Shown: positions 8,949 through 19,105, numbered from the stretch's first letter. The stretch: 51,591 nt of DNA from a virus (IMGVR_UViG_3300044820_000144:1-51591), one strand, 5' to 3'. Notes: a model not told the origin generated them from the sequence alone. Numbers and translations are program-made.

Positions 8949-9200
8949 CTACAACTCGTCGAGCGTGAGGGGGCGGGGCAGGTCATAGCTCGGGTAGTTC
9001 TCGCGCCAGTCGACGATGCACTCGTCACACAGACCCGACGGGTTGGTGGTGAGCGCCCCGTGCAGTCCCGACCATCCCGTCTTGCCCTCGGGCTCGGTGT
9101 GGTTGACCGGCCCGATCGTGCCGTAGTGCCACTGCATCCCGCAGGGCACCGGCCGCGCGGCGGCGTCCTGCACGCGCTCGCTCTGAACCTCATCGACCAT
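8949..9200 (-). CDS. hypothetical protein (Cys/His)
   Basis: GGAG RBS, 83 aa. Confidence 0.55.
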   Translation of the reverse strand: MVDEVQSERVQDAAARPVPCGMQWHYGTIGPVNHTEPEGKTGWSGLHGALTTNPSGLCDECIVDWRENYPSYDLPRPLTLDEL

Positions 9201-9201
9201 G

Positions 9202-9495
9202 TCAGTCGCTCTCCTTCTCGGTGTCGTAGCGGCTGACGTCGAGTCGGATCGTGGTCCCGTCGGACAGGTCCAGCACCAGCGTTCCCCCGTCCGGCATCAC
9301 GTCTACGTTCACGATCTCCCACAGGGTGGGCAGGCCACCGTGCGTCGGGTGCTGGGTGACCACGCCGTACAGGTAGGCCAGCGCCTCCCGTTGGAGCTGG
9401 GGGAACTCGGCGATGAACTCGTGGAACATCTGGGACAGGCGCATGGAGTTGAGCGGTTCGCCGGGGTCGCGGTCGACCGGGGGGCGCGTGCTCAT
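9202..9495 (-). CDS. hypothetical protein
   Basis: ATGA-coupled, 97 aa. Confidence 0.6.
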   Translation of the reverse strand: MSTRPPVDRDPGEPLNSMRLSQMFHEFIAEFPQLQREALAYLYGVVTQHPTHGGLPTLWEIVNVDVMPDGGTLVLDLSDGTTIRLDVSRYDTEKESD

Positions 9496-9713
9496 CGCGC
9501 CCGAACCGGCGGCTGGCTCTGAAGCCGGGCCCGCCCGGCGTCGGTCAGGCGGAACGCGACCCCGTCCTGGGTCACCGGCTCGATCAGTCCACGATCGTGC
9601 AGGGACATGACCGTCGGGAACAGGCTGGCTGCATCCCAGATGCGGGGGCCGTCCGCGTAGGACGCCAGCAGCTGCAGCTCATCGGGGGACGGCTCGCCGG
9701 TCGGGGTGGTCAT
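9492..9713 (-). CDS. small winged-helix-like protein
   Basis: TVMSLHDRGLIE...FRLTDAGRARL wHTH wing pattern. Confidence 0.55.
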   Translation of the reverse strand: MTTPTGEPSPDELQLLASYADGPRIWDAASLFPTVMSLHDRGLIEPVTQDGVAFRLTDAGRARLQSQPPVRAR

Positions 9714-9755
9714 CGTGCACACTCCAGGGTTTCGAGGGAGGGGAATCGGGGGAAC

Positions 9756-10601
9756 CTACCGGCCGGCCAGTTCCTCCCCGAACCGGCGACCGGCGCGGGC
9801 CAGGATCGACTCGAACGCGACCCCGCTGCCCGGGTCGGCGAACTGCAGCAGGTGCATCAGGTCGGCCAGCAGGTCCGCGATCACGTCGGCCAGCGACTCC
9901 TGCTCGTCCGACACCTGGTCGGCGTACGTCTCCAGCGCCCCCCGCACCCACAGGGCTCGGAAGGTGTTGTGCTGCGGCGCGGAAGACGGGTGGGCGGTGA
10001 CGTAGCGGTCGATCACGCCGTAGACGGCGGCCAGGTCGGTGTTCGGGTCGATCGTGAAGGGGCGGGCGCTGTCCCGGTGGATGGTGACGCCGCACCCGTT
10101 GGTCTCCCACCAGCACATCTCGTTGGCGTGCCGCACCACGTGCAGGTCACCCCAGCTGGTGGGCACCTGGAACTCCAGCAGGCGCAGCCGGGCGGCGCCC
10201 TGGGCGGCGAGCCGGTCGTACACCGCTTCGGCCTCGTCCAGCCGGTCAGTGGTCCCGTACACCTTCAGGGAGTGTGCCGTGGCGCCCGCGAGGATCGCGA
10301 ACACGGAGCGGGTGACCAGGGAGATGACCGCGTGCCCGGACTTGGACTCCCCGACCACGCCGTCCCAGTCGACGTCGCACAGCGCCTGGTCGATGATCTG
10401 CTCCAGGTCGCCCGGCCACTCGGCGGGGTCGCGGGACAGGTCGTCGCGGCCGGGGACCGTGATGCCGTTGACCACGAAGCCGTAGTGGCCCTGGTCGGAC
10501 GTCTCGATGGTCAGCTGGGTGGCGTACGGGTAGGCGGCGAGCACGAGGCCCATCGCCTCGTACAGCCCCTCCCACCCCTTGGTCCACTTGGTGGCGAGCA
10601 T
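9756..10601 (-). CDS. modular hypothetical protein
   Basis: AGGAGG RBS, 281 aa; C-terminal DLLADLMH module shared with 13105-14181. Confidence 0.7.
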   Translation of the reverse strand: MLATKWTKGWEGLYEAMGLVLAAYPYATQLTIETSDQGHYGFVVNGITVPGRDDLSRDPAEWPGDLEQIIDQALCDVDWDGVVGESKSGHAVISLVTRSVFAILAGATAHSLKVYGTTDRLDEAEAVYDRLAAQGAARLRLLEFQVPTSWGDLHVVRHANEMCWWETNGCGVTIHRDSARPFTIDPNTDLAAVYGVIDRYVTAHPSSAPQHNTFRALWVRGALETYADQVSDEQESLADVIADLLADLMHLLQFADPGSGVAFESILARAGRRFGEELAGR

Positions 10602-10641
10602 GGCGTTCCTCCTGGTGTTTTCAGGCCCCTGAAAGGGGTGG

Positions 10642-11295
10642 TCAGCGGTCCTGGAACGGGTCGCCGATGGGGCGGTGGGCGGGGTCGAACACGACGGCGC
10701 CGGTGGCGAGGGTGACGGTGAGGGAGGAGTCGATCGTGCGGTCGGCGTAGATGGCGGTCAGCTCACCGACGACGTCGCCGACCTCGGCGGCGCCTGCGTC
10801 GGTCAGCTCCCACACCGCGCTCGTGCCGTCGGCCCACGTGACCATCGGGGTGTCCGCGTCGAAGAACAGGCCGCCGTCGGAGTCCGACACGTGGAACCGG
10901 ACCAGCACCGGCTCACCCTTGCCGGTGTTCTCCTCGGCCAGCTCCACGGCGACCGCCTTGCGCAGCACCTCGACCAGGCGGGCCGTCTGGCGCTTCTCCA
11001 CCTCGCCGTTGCACGCGGCGATGACGCGCATCAGCTCGTCGTCGGTCAGCAGGCCCACCCGCAGGCCGTTGGGCACCCAGTCGATGGCGGGGACGTCGTC
11101 GGGCCGGGACACGTTCACCGTGACGCCCGTGCAGCCGTAGACGTCGACGACGATGCCGGTCACGTCGGCATCCTCGCTCATCACCCGCAGGGCCAGCAGG
11201 CCACCGCGGCCCTGACCGTCGCTGAACTCGCGGATGACCTCGTTGGTCGCGGCGTACCTCGACGCCGGTCCCCGTTCGAGCTTGACCTTGTACAT
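10642..11295 (-). CDS. hypothetical protein
   Basis: AGGAGG RBS before ATG 11295 (MYKVKLER); the upstream part of the 580-aa track ORF is a shadow. Confidence 0.65.
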   Translation of the reverse strand: MYKVKLERGPASRYAATNEVIREFSDGQGRGGLLALRVMSEDADVTGIVVDVYGCTGVTVNVSRPDDVPAIDWVPNGLRVGLLTDDELMRVIAACNGEVEKRQTARLVEVLRKAVAVELAEENTGKGEPVLVRFHVSDSDGGLFFDADTPMVTWADGTSAVWELTDAGAAEVGDVVGELTAIYADRTIDSSLTVTLATGAVVFDPAHRPIGDPFQDR

Positions 11296-11349
11296 GCCGT
11301 CCTCCTGCGGTGCGTGGTGGGCGTTCAGACCTGTGAAATCCTGTCGGAC

Positions 11350-11388
11350 GGCGCCGACCGGCGGGCTAGGGAACCGCCGGTCGGCGCC
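11350..11388 (-). terminator. GC-rich hairpin downstream of DUF932 gene
   Basis: GGCGCCGACCGGCGG...CCGCCGGTCGGCGCC. Confidence 0.55.
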
Positions 11389-11408
11389 ACGTGCAGCGGT
11401 GCAGTGGT

Positions 11409-12656
11409 TCAGCCGCGGGCCAGGACCAGCAGGCCCTCGTGCAGGCGGGCCTTCTTGTCGTCGTCGTTGCCCAGCAGTGCGATGCCCCGGCGCGCCTGCT
11501 CGATCTTGACCCCGCCCCAGGACGCGGACGTCCGGCGGGTGGTCTCGTGGTCCAGGTAGTTGGTCACGGCCCGCTCGGCGGCGTAGGCGTTGCGGCCCAG
11601 CTGGCGCATGTTGTCGCCGAGCAGCTCCTCCAGCTTGTCCCGCCGGTTGCGGTAGATCCCGGCCCCGCGGCTCTTGGTCTCCTCGGGCTTGGCCCACGTC
11701 TCGTGCAGGCCGTCCACGATGTCCCAGAACTTGTCCATCTCGCGGCCGTTCAGCGGGTGGGCCAGCAGCTCGTGCTCCTCCGCCTTCCACGCGGCGTAGT
11801 AGCGGGTGGTCAGGCCCAGGGCGGTCCGGGCCTCGGCCTTGCGGGTGTCGGAGTCCCAGTTGGTGGTGTGCCGCACGCCCCACGACGTCTTGGCGTCCCG
11901 CACGGCGAACCGCTCGGTGTTCTTGCACCGGATGCGCCACGGGGTGACGACCAGCGTGAGCTTGCCGGTGCCGTCGTGGGAGTTGATCAGGTACAGGTAC
12001 TGGCGGATGCCGTCGGCGATGCCCTGCGGGTCGATCACCATGTCCTCGCGCAGTCGGAGCCCGGCGAAGAACTTGGCGTTGTTCTGCATGCGGCCGACCG
12101 ACTCGAACACGACCTGCTCGCCGATCAGGTCGAACAGGAACTCCGCGGCGTGCGCGTCCTGCGCGTGCTTGTAGACCTTCCCGACGGTGCCCATCGCGGC
12201 GTTCTTGCCGTCCTGGTCCATCCACACCGCTGCGAACGTGTCCGGGATCGGCTGCATCTCCCCGGTCATGAGGTCGCGGTAGTAGGCGGGCTGCTTGCTG
12301 TACTCCATCTCCCCGCCGATCAGGGCGAGCACGTCCTGGATGTTGTCGAGCCCGTCCGGGACGATCTGCCCGAGGCCGAACCACTCCTGCTGGCGGGAGT
12401 ACAGCGCGACCTTCCCGTCGCCGAAGGTGTCGAGCCCGTGGTCGGCGAGGATGGCGGCGGCGCCGTTCACCACCGACAGGCGCAGCCGCTCACCCTTGTC
12501 CCAGCCGGTCAGGACGGTGAAGGTGCCGTCCCCGTTGTCGCGCAGCTCCCCGGCCTGCACGCGCCGGGCCACGGCGGCGGCCTTGTCCGCCTCGGCGTTG
12601 ATCTGGTCCAGCTTGCTGGCGTCGAACTGGCGGTTGACGTCGTCGATGATGCTCAC
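11409..12656 (-). CDS. DUF932/DUF945 family protein (phage/plasmid TIGR03299-like)
   Basis: YLYLINSHDGTG, TPWRIRCKNT, VRHT, NAYAAERAVTNYLDH. Confidence 0.85.
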   Translation of the reverse strand: MSIIDDVNRQFDASKLDQINAEADKAAAVARRVQAGELRDNGDGTFTVLTGWDKGERLRLSVVNGAAAILADHGLDTFGDGKVALYSRQQEWFGLGQIVPDGLDNIQDVLALIGGEMEYSKQPAYYRDLMTGEMQPIPDTFAAVWMDQDGKNAAMGTVGKVYKHAQDAHAAEFLFDLIGEQVVFESVGRMQNNAKFFAGLRLREDMVIDPQGIADGIRQYLYLINSHDGTGKLTLVVTPWRIRCKNTERFAVRDAKTSWGVRHTTNWDSDTRKAEARTALGLTTRYYAAWKAEEHELLAHPLNGREMDKFWDIVDGLHETWAKPEETKSRGAGIYRNRRDKLEELLGDNMRQLGRNAYAAERAVTNYLDHETTRRTSASWGGVKIEQARRGIALLGNDDDKKARLHEGLLVLARG

Positions 12657-12700
12657 GGTCTTTCCTCCGGCGTTTCGGTTCGGCGTGACTCCCTGACAAC

Positions 12701-12750
12701 TACAATGCTAGACGTCTAGCACTGTATGTACCACCGCCATACGGGTGACA
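12701..12750 (-). promoter_or_regulatory. internal promoter with palindromic operator
   Basis: -10 TAGCAT inside near-perfect 26-bp palindrome TACAATGCTAGACGTCTAGCACTGTA; upstream TCACCCGT box; 14 bp identical at 16888-16901. Confidence 0.6.
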
Positions 12751-12865
12751 CTCAGGGACTCACAAGGGGGTGAAACGGACATCGTGCGTATCCGACGCAC
12801 GTAGCGGCACACCCACCCCCCGGCGGGTGCAGCCACGACCTACAGCGGAGCCACGCAGCAGCCCA

Positions 12866-13060
12866 TCAGCCGCCGTTGATCAGATCCTGGAACGCGCCCT
12901 CCTCCACCTTCTCGACCTCCGTGCCGATGGTCTCGCTGCCCACCTCGTCACCATCGGACAGGTAGCGGTCCTCCGCGTCCGCCTTGCTGGTCGCGTCCAC
13001 CTGGAACGCGATCCGCTCCGTCCTCGTCACCCACACCGTGTGCGGCACCCTCGTACCCAT
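12866..13060 (-). CDS. hypothetical protein
   Basis: AAGGAG RBS, ATG 13060, 64 aa. Confidence 0.6.
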   Translation of the reverse strand: MGTRVPHTVWVTRTERIAFQVDATSKADAEDRYLSDGDEVGSETIGTEVEKVEEGAFQDLINGG

Positions 13061-13104
13061 GACCCACTCTCCTTCGCCCCCGACGTTCAGAACCTGAAAC
13101 TGAC

Positions 13105-14181
13105 CTACTCGCCGCCCTCCCACTCCGCGGACGGGAAGTCCTGCTCGTCGACGAAGTCCTTCGCCGCGTCCCGGACGATCTCCCGGTCGTCCTGGTTCGA
13201 GGCCCGCCCGACGGCCGCGAGCAGCCAGCCCTTCACCTGGTCGTACAGCTCCGGCTCCTCCGCGTCGGTCTCGCCGTCGGCGTCGTCGTCGACCCTCTCG
13301 TCGTCGACCTCCTCGTCGTCGCCCTCCGCCGCGACGTGCATCTCTGCGATGCGCGCCGCCGTCGCGAAGTCCAGGCCCTCGGCTGCAGCCCAGTGCATGA
13401 GGTCGGACAGCCAGTCGGCCAGCACCGTCTCCGCGTCTTCCCCCCCACGGGGGTTGCTCGCCTGCTGGTACCGCTCGAACAGCGGGGCGATGCGCTGCAC
13501 CGCCCGCTCCCGCCGGGTCATGCCCTCGCGCCCGGCCGTCGCCGGCTGCGCCACGATCCGGATGCTGGACTCGAACGGGATCTCCTCGCCGGTGTCCAGG
13601 TCCACGATCCCCTCGGGGTTGCCCCCGTATTCCTCGCCGACGTAGCTGCCCAGGTCGTTGGCGGCCTGCTTCAGGGTCAGGCTCGTGCCCACGAAGTGGT
13701 ACGTCTCGTCACCGTGGATGTACGCGTACCGGCCGGGCAGCGTCTCGTACGGCGCGGTGATGACCGCGAGGATGTCCTCGTCCGGGTCGGGGTAGTCGTC
13801 GCACTGCTGCACCCCCCACTTCGCCATCAGGGCCACCAGCGCCAGGACGCGGGGGTGCAGGAAGTGCGCCACCAGCTCCGCGGTAGGGGGCTCGGCCAGC
13901 GGCAGCGGGTCGGCCTTGGTGAGCAGCTCCTCACCCTCGTACAGGTCCCACATCGGCTCACGGTCGTAACCGCGGTCGGTCTGCGTGGCGCGGATCGTGC
14001 GCCCGTCGATGGTGAAGGTGATGTCCACCAGCTCGACCGCGGTGCAGCGGACCATGTGGTCGTCCACAGTCCCCAGGTTGAACACCTGCCCGACGTAGTA
14101 GGCCCGCGCCTCCTCCAGCGTGCCGCTGAAGCCGGTCGTGACGGTGTCGCCGTCCTCGTACGTGCACTTCACGGTGATCAT
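13105..14181 (-). CDS. multi-module acidic hypothetical protein
   Basis: AGGAGG RBS, ATG 14181 (MITVKCTY), 358 aa. Confidence 0.7.
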   Translation of the reverse strand: MITVKCTYEDGDTVTTGFSGTLEEARAYYVGQVFNLGTVDDHMVRCTAVELVDITFTIDGRTIRATQTDRGYDREPMWDLYEGEELLTKADPLPLAEPPTAELVAHFLHPRVLALVALMAKWGVQQCDDYPDPDEDILAVITAPYETLPGRYAYIHGDETYHFVGTSLTLKQAANDLGSYVGEEYGGNPEGIVDLDTGEEIPFESSIRIVAQPATAGREGMTRRERAVQRIAPLFERYQQASNPRGGEDAETVLADWLSDLMHWAAAEGLDFATAARIAEMHVAAEGDDEEVDDERVDDDADGETDAEEPELYDQVKGWLLAAVGRASNQDDREIVRDAAKDFVDEQDFPSAEWEGGE

Positions 14182-14218
14182 TGCGCCTCCTGTTTCAGGT
14201 CCTGAACAGCCGAGATCT

Positions 14219-15043
14219 CTACTCGCTGCGGTCGACGAGGTACGGGCCACGCAGGTACGCGGGGATCTCGTCCGGGTGGATGCCCTCCACCCACTCCTCC
14301 TCCTTGCGCTGCCAGTTGGCGAACGCCAGCTTGTCGATCGCGTCCTGACGCTCGGCGAGGGTGGGGAACCGCCAGGCGTCCACGTCGCCCTCGCAGTTGG
14401 TCGCCAGCTCGAAGCCCGCCGCCGTGTTCCGCACGTACAGCACGTAGTACGGCCACTCCAGCAGGTCCCAGCCGTCGCGCCCCCACGACGACACGGCCAC
14501 CCATTCGTGTGTCGCGGCCTCGTCCATGACGTCGTACCCGTCACCGGACAGCCGCGCCTTCTCCCAGAACGCCTCCGAGCCGATCTTGAAGGCGGACAGG
14601 TCGAACTCGATCTGCGGCGGCCGCGGCTTCCACAGCGTGGCCTTCGCCAGCTCCACGCCGCGCTCGTACGCCTCGGCCGTGTTCGCGCAGATCAGGCACA
14701 GCGGCACGTGCGGGCCGATCAGGTCGAAGTCCTTCGCGTCCAGCCCGGACTCCGCGTTCTCGCCCATCCCGGAGCTGTCGCCGGTGTTCAGGCTGTACGT
14801 GCGCCGGGCGCACACGACGCACGGCCCGTGGTACGTGGCGATCAGGATGCGCCCGAGGGACACGAACGCCTGCGGGGTGTCCACCGTCAGGTCCGGCGCA
14901 CCACCCTGCACCAGGGGGATCAGCCGCTTGACCTCGACCTCGTGCACGGTGCCGTTCTCGTTCTCGACGGCCACCCGGCCGTCCCGCTCCTCACCCTTGC
15001 GGACCAGCAACATGTTCGGCCAGTCGGTCGTGACGTACTGCAT
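14219..15043 (-). CDS. modular hypothetical protein with two CxxC motifs
   Basis: GAGGGAG RBS, 274 aa. Confidence 0.7.
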   Translation of the reverse strand: MQYVTTDWPNMLLVRKGEERDGRVAVENENGTVHEVEVKRLIPLVQGGAPDLTVDTPQAFVSLGRILIATYHGPCVVCARRTYSLNTGDSSGMGENAESGLDAKDFDLIGPHVPLCLICANTAEAYERGVELAKATLWKPRPPQIEFDLSAFKIGSEAFWEKARLSGDGYDVMDEAATHEWVAVSSWGRDGWDLLEWPYYVLYVRNTAAGFELATNCEGDVDAWRFPTLAERQDAIDKLAFANWQRKEEEWVEGIHPDEIPAYLRGPYLVDRSE

Positions 15044-15067
15044 GACTCTCCCTCGGTAGACACAGAA

Positions 15068-15098
15068 GGCCGGGCGCCCCCCTGGCGGGCGCCCGGCC
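15068..15098 (-). terminator. intrinsic terminator within the leftward arm
   Basis: Minus strand GGCCGGGCGCCC-GCCAGGG-GGGCGCCCGGCC then TTCTGTGT; directly after a TTTCAG..CTGAAA motif. Confidence 0.65.
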
Positions 15099-15119
15099 GG
15101 TTTCAGGGACCTGAAAGGC

Positions 15120-15665
15120 TCAGGTCGTCCAGCGAATGCGCTCGGGCGGCACGTCGTAGCGATAGCCGCCGATCGTCGCCGGGAAGGCCAGCTCGATCGA
15201 GTGCAGCCCCTGCCGGTTCGTGGTCAGCACGTCGCAGCGCACCCACTCGCCGCTGTCCATGAGGTATTCCGACCTGCGCCCACCCGTCAGCGGCACCGTC
15301 GGCGGGTCGTAGGTGGCGAGGAGGCGTTGCAGGTTCGCCAACGTCTCCGCCTCGCTGCGGCCCGTCCGCGCCGAGATCGACGCGACCAGGTCGTTCCGCT
15401 CCTGCAGGCGCGCCGCCTCCTCGCGCAACGCGTCCGGCTCGTGCAACGCGATCTGCGCCAGCGTGATGCTGACGTCACTCGTCCCGATGTCCCCGTCCGT
15501 GATGCCCCGGGCCGCGTAGCCCTCCGCCAGGCGCTCGGCGGCGAACGCCCGCAGGTCGTCCAGGCTGATCTCGTACTCCTCGGCCAGCGCCTCGGCCGCC
15601 GCGTACCCGTTGTCATGCGCGGTGGGTGGTCTCGGGCCGATCGGTTCGGCGTGCAGCGGCACCAT
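15120..15665 (-). CDS. hypothetical protein
   Basis: GGAGG RBS, ATG 15665, 181 aa. Confidence 0.6.
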   Translation of the reverse strand: MVPLHAEPIGPRPPTAHDNGYAAAEALAEEYEISLDDLRAFAAERLAEGYAARGITDGDIGTSDVSITLAQIALHEPDALREEAARLQERNDLVASISARTGRSEAETLANLQRLLATYDPPTVPLTGGRRSEYLMDSGEWVRCDVLTTNRQGLHSIELAFPATIGGYRYDVPPERIRWTT

Positions 15666-15733
15666 TGCCTCCGGGTGCTCGGTGGTGCAGGTGGACGGGC
15701 AGTCGGCCCAGTGGCGGGCGCCCGGTCGGCCGG

Positions 15734-15991
15734 TCACGGCGTGCCCGAACAGTCGGAGTCGCCGTTGGCCTTGAACGTGCAGGTGAAGGTGCGGCCCTGG
15801 TTGTCGGTGCTGGTGTAGACGTCGTGACCCTGGAAGTCCTTCACCACCTTGGTCGTCGCCGAATACTGCGCGGGCTGCACCGTGGACGAGGACGACGACC
15901 CGCCGCTGCACCCGTGGGGCAGGAACAGGATCAGGGCGCCGATGACGACGGCGACACCGAGACCACCGCCGGAACCACTCGAACTCGACAT
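15734..15991 (-). CDS. small membrane-anchored/secreted protein
   Basis: AGGAGG RBS; hydrophobic segment LGVAVVIGALILFLP, then Ser linker and Cys pair. Confidence 0.65.
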   Translation of the reverse strand: MSSSSGSGGGLGVAVVIGALILFLPHGCSGGSSSSSTVQPAQYSATTKVVKDFQGHDVYTSTDNQGRTFTCTFKANGDSDCSGTP

Positions 15992-16090
15992 GACTGCCTC
16001 CTGTGCTTTTCAGAGCCCTGAACTGAACCGGCCCCCCGCCGTCCGGGTGAAGTCTTGTTACGTCGTCGCGCCCATCGCCATACGAAAGGC

Positions 16091-16363
16091 ATGAACGAGA
16101 AAGCGTGGTGCCGACGCCTGCACGAACAATTCCCGGGATGGAAGGTCTGGTACGGCACCTTGCCGCCCGAATGGTTCGCCGCCCCGATCGCACGGAGCAC
16201 TGACCTGGACGACGCTATGCGAGACCCCCACCGTCTCGGTCCCTACAGGAAACCGCAGATGCTTCGGGAGCAGATGCGGCAGCGGTATGGAGCCGGAGAT
16301 TACTGCGACACCTGTGGTGTCCCGTGGGAGCACTGTGGGCACCGGCGACCGGAGTTGGCCTAG
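16091..16363 (+). CDS. hypothetical protein, lone opposite-strand insertion
   Basis: GAAAGG RBS; LHEQFPGWKVWY; C-terminal CDTC..HCGH. Confidence 0.6.
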   Translation: MNEKAWCRRLHEQFPGWKVWYGTLPPEWFAAPIARSTDLDDAMRDPHRLGPYRKPQMLREQMRQRYGAGDYCDTCGVPWEHCGHRRPELA

Positions 16364-16394
16364 CCGCTAAGCCGTGCACCACCCGGGGGGACGT

Positions 16395-16856
16395 TCAGTC
16401 GTGGCACCAGTTGGGGGCGTGCGCCGTGTCCGCGTGCACCGGCCACGTCTGCGCGCCGCACGTCAGGCACATCAGGTCACGGACGTACTCGAAGATCCGC
16501 TCCATGAGCGCCGGGTCGTCCGACAGGTAGGACACCGTGCCGCCCTGCTCGTACTCGGCCGCGATGCCCTCGGGCCCGTGCTCGCCCGTGGCCCACATGT
16601 TCGTGCACGCCGACTCGTCCTCGATCTGTTCGTAGTCGGCACGTAGGTGCCCGGACGGCTTCACGTACCGCGTCACGTACTGGTTGCGCGTCTCGTCGGT
16701 GTGCTGGCACGGGCTCGCCTTGCTCATGCCGTGACACGTGCCGAAGTAGCGGACCTCGATCCACTTCAGACCGACCGCCGTGGGGTCGAGAATGCCCTCG
16801 TCGAGCAGTCCGGCGATCTGTTCGTCACTGAAGACCCGGGTGGGCTGACTGGTCAT
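16395..16856 (-). CDS. hypothetical Cys/His protein
   Basis: AAGGA RBS, ATG 16856. Confidence 0.65.
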   Translation of the reverse strand: MTSQPTRVFSDEQIAGLLDEGILDPTAVGLKWIEVRYFGTCHGMSKASPCQHTDETRNQYVTRYVKPSGHLRADYEQIEDESACTNMWATGEHGPEGIAAEYEQGGTVSYLSDDPALMERIFEYVRDLMCLTCGAQTWPVHADTAHAPNWCHD

Positions 16857-16887
16857 TTCCTTGTCCTCACTGCGAGCGGCTGATGCA

Positions 16888-16940
16888 TACAATGCTAGAC
16901 GCCCGCCGCTGTAGATGGCAGACGCCGAACGGGTGACACC
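16888..16940 (-). promoter_or_regulatory. internal promoter homologous to 12701-12750
   Basis: Minus strand GTGTCACCCGT...TACAG...CGTCTAGCATTGTA. Confidence 0.55.
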
Positions 16941-16958
16941 ATTTCAGGACGCTGAACG

Positions 16959-17375
16959 TCACTCCACGGTGATGTTCAGCGGCAGGGGAGGAGACCACCG
17001 CCGGGATTCGAGCGGCGTCGTGCCGTGCTTGCCCACACCCACCGCCAACCAGCGCGGCGCCTCGATCCGCTCGAAACCCATCGATGCGCACGCCCACCAC
17101 TCGTCGCCGACCAGCACCACGTCACCCACGGACAGCGAACGGTTCTTCGCCGTCCGGTAGGCCACCGCGTCCGGGTGCGGGATGCCGAACTGCGGGTCAT
17201 CACCCACGTTCAACAGGTGGTAGATCATCTCCGCGACCGCGCTCGGCGACTGCTCCACCTCCAGCCGCTCCAGCACGTACACCGGCACCAGCGGGTGACC
17301 GGGACGGTAACCCAGCCACGCCTCGCTGCGCCCGACGTCATCCGTAGCGATGTTGTGGAACACCACGATGCGCAT
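16959..17375 (-). CDS. YodL-like domain protein
   Basis: AEMIYHLLN...RSLSVGDVVLV...WACASMGFERI matches the YodL-like SLSVxDVV...GF pattern. Confidence 0.65.
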   Translation of the reverse strand: MRIVVFHNIATDDVGRSEAWLGYRPGHPLVPVYVLERLEVEQSPSAVAEMIYHLLNVGDDPQFGIPHPDAVAYRTAKNRSLSVGDVVLVGDEWWACASMGFERIEAPRWLAVGVGKHGTTPLESRRWSPPLPLNITVE

Positions 17376-17377
17376 GA

Positions 17378-17836
17378 TCAGTCCCCCTCGGCGATCGGCA
17401 CACCGCGGCGCACGATCGCGTTCACGATGACGAACACCAGCGAGGGGTCCTCCTCCCACTCGGCCGAGTCCCACATCACGGTCTCCGTGCCGCCGTTGAA
17501 CAGGTGGATGCTGCCGCCCGGCTCGCCGTACTGGCCGCGGATCTCGACGCGGAAGGCGTCCGGAGCCACGTCGAGGGAGTCGATGATCGCCTTCACCTTC
17601 TCGGGCTCGACGATGCTGTCCAGCCCGTCCGGGTAGTTGGCGACCAGGTCCGCCACGAACTGCGGCAGGTCCGGGATCTCGTCGAACGACTCGTCGTGCA
17701 GCAGCGTGGAGCTGCCCTCCACCCGCACGTCGTACGACGCACCCCCCGCCGTCCAGATCGTCTCGATGACCGTGAACGTGACGCCCCGCACCATCTCGGT
17801 CCGGACGACCCGCTGTGTGCTGATGCCGTTGCCCAT
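17378..17836 (-). CDS. hypothetical acidic protein
   Basis: GAGG RBS, 152 aa. Confidence 0.65.
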   Translation of the reverse strand: MGNGISTQRVVRTEMVRGVTFTVIETIWTAGGASYDVRVEGSSTLLHDESFDEIPDLPQFVADLVANYPDGLDSIVEPEKVKAIIDSLDVAPDAFRVEIRGQYGEPGGSIHLFNGGTETVMWDSAEWEEDPSLVFVIVNAIVRRGVPIAEGD

Positions 17837-17922
17837 GATGACCTCTCTGTTTCAGGTCCTGAATCTGTCCGAGCGGACAGCGCGGCGCAGGTCCCCCGAC
17901 CTGCACCACGCGGCACCCTCGA

Positions 17923-18486
17923 TCAGGGGTGACGGCGGATCATGCGGGCCGTGTTGTCCTCGCAGATCGACCAGCCCACGTGCCACGTCGAGCGGACCTG
18001 CGGCCCGCGCTCCGGCTGACGCTCCGGGAACGCGACCAGCTTGACCTGATCCACGTGCAGGCCGGCTGCGCGCGAATGCCCGTTGTTGTTGTCCGCCGTC
18101 CACGCCACGTGCAGGCGGTCACCCACCTTCAGGCTGCGAACGATCGTGGCCCAGACGTCACGCTGGTACGCGCTGTAGAAGCAGGCGGGGGAGTCGGGGT
18201 TGCCGCTCTCCCACCGCCACCCGCCCGTCCCGTCCGCGGCACCGTAGCCGACTGCGTCGGCCGTCGTGGCGATCTCACGGCCCCGGGTGCCGGAGTACAT
18301 GTCCACCGTGAACAGTCGCTGCTGCTTGGCCGTGAAGATCGGCGGGTCGCCGTAGGCGCGGGTGTACACGCGGAGGTACGACCGGCCGTCGTGCAGGTGC
18401 AGGCTCACGTCCTCGCACACCTTCATGGCGGCCAGGTCGTCGCCGGTCAACGTCACGACCTGCGTGTCGGTCGGGGTCTCGGTCAC
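17923..18486 (-). CDS. hypothetical protein
   Basis: GGAGG RBS, 187 aa. Confidence 0.65.
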   Translation of the reverse strand: MTETPTDTQVVTLTGDDLAAMKVCEDVSLHLHDGRSYLRVYTRAYGDPPIFTAKQQRLFTVDMYSGTRGREIATTADAVGYGAADGTGGWRWESGNPDSPACFYSAYQRDVWATIVRSLKVGDRLHVAWTADNNNGHSRAAGLHVDQVKLVAFPERQPERGPQVRSTWHVGWSICEDNTARMIRRHP

Positions 18487-18527
18487 TGCATCCTCCAGTT
18501 TCAGGATCTGAACGGATCACTTACTCG

Positions 18528-19079
18528 TCAGTCGTGCTGCTTCCAGGTGGGGTCGCGGCGCGTGAACTCGCGCAACCGCTCGACCCGCTGCGTGCTCGGC
18601 GGGGTCGGCGGGCGGTCGGCCGCCGAGGTGTGGAGGGTGACGCGCACGGCGTCCGGGTTGCTGTGCTCGCTCATCGGCCGGTTGCACGTCAGGCAGGCCG
18701 TGTCGTCGTCCCCGATGTACGCGTGCCCGTCGTCCGGATCGGTGGGCGGCGTCAGATCGGCGTGCAGGTTCTCCAGCTCCTGCTCGTGCGCGGCGCACCA
18801 CTCGTGCCAGCCCGGCGCGAATGGGCACGAGTCCCCGTGGTCGCACGAGAAGTAGTTGCACAGGAAGAAGACGAACTCCTCCAGCGTCTGCATCCACCCG
18901 TCCGTACCGCCCGGGAAGAAGTCGGCCGACTCCTCGACCGTCGTGCCGTCCGCCAGTGCCAGCCGGTAGTTCGGTGCGGCGACCTCGATCGTCGAGCCGT
19001 CCTCGAACTTCCACTGCGCCATCAGCCGGGGGCTGATCGTCCAGCCCGGGGGGAGCGCGTTCGGGTTGATGGTGTTCAT
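18528..19079 (-). CDS. hypothetical protein with HxY..CxxC..H module
   Basis: GGAGG RBS, ATG 19079. Confidence 0.65.
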   Translation of the reverse strand: MNTINPNALPPGWTISPRLMAQWKFEDGSTIEVAAPNYRLALADGTTVEESADFFPGGTDGWMQTLEEFVFFLCNYFSCDHGDSCPFAPGWHEWCAAHEQELENLHADLTPPTDPDDGHAYIGDDDTACLTCNRPMSEHSNPDAVRVTLHTSAADRPPTPPSTQRVERLREFTRRDPTWKQHD

Positions 19080-19105
19080 GTCGTCGTCCTCCGTGGCCTG
19101 GGCTT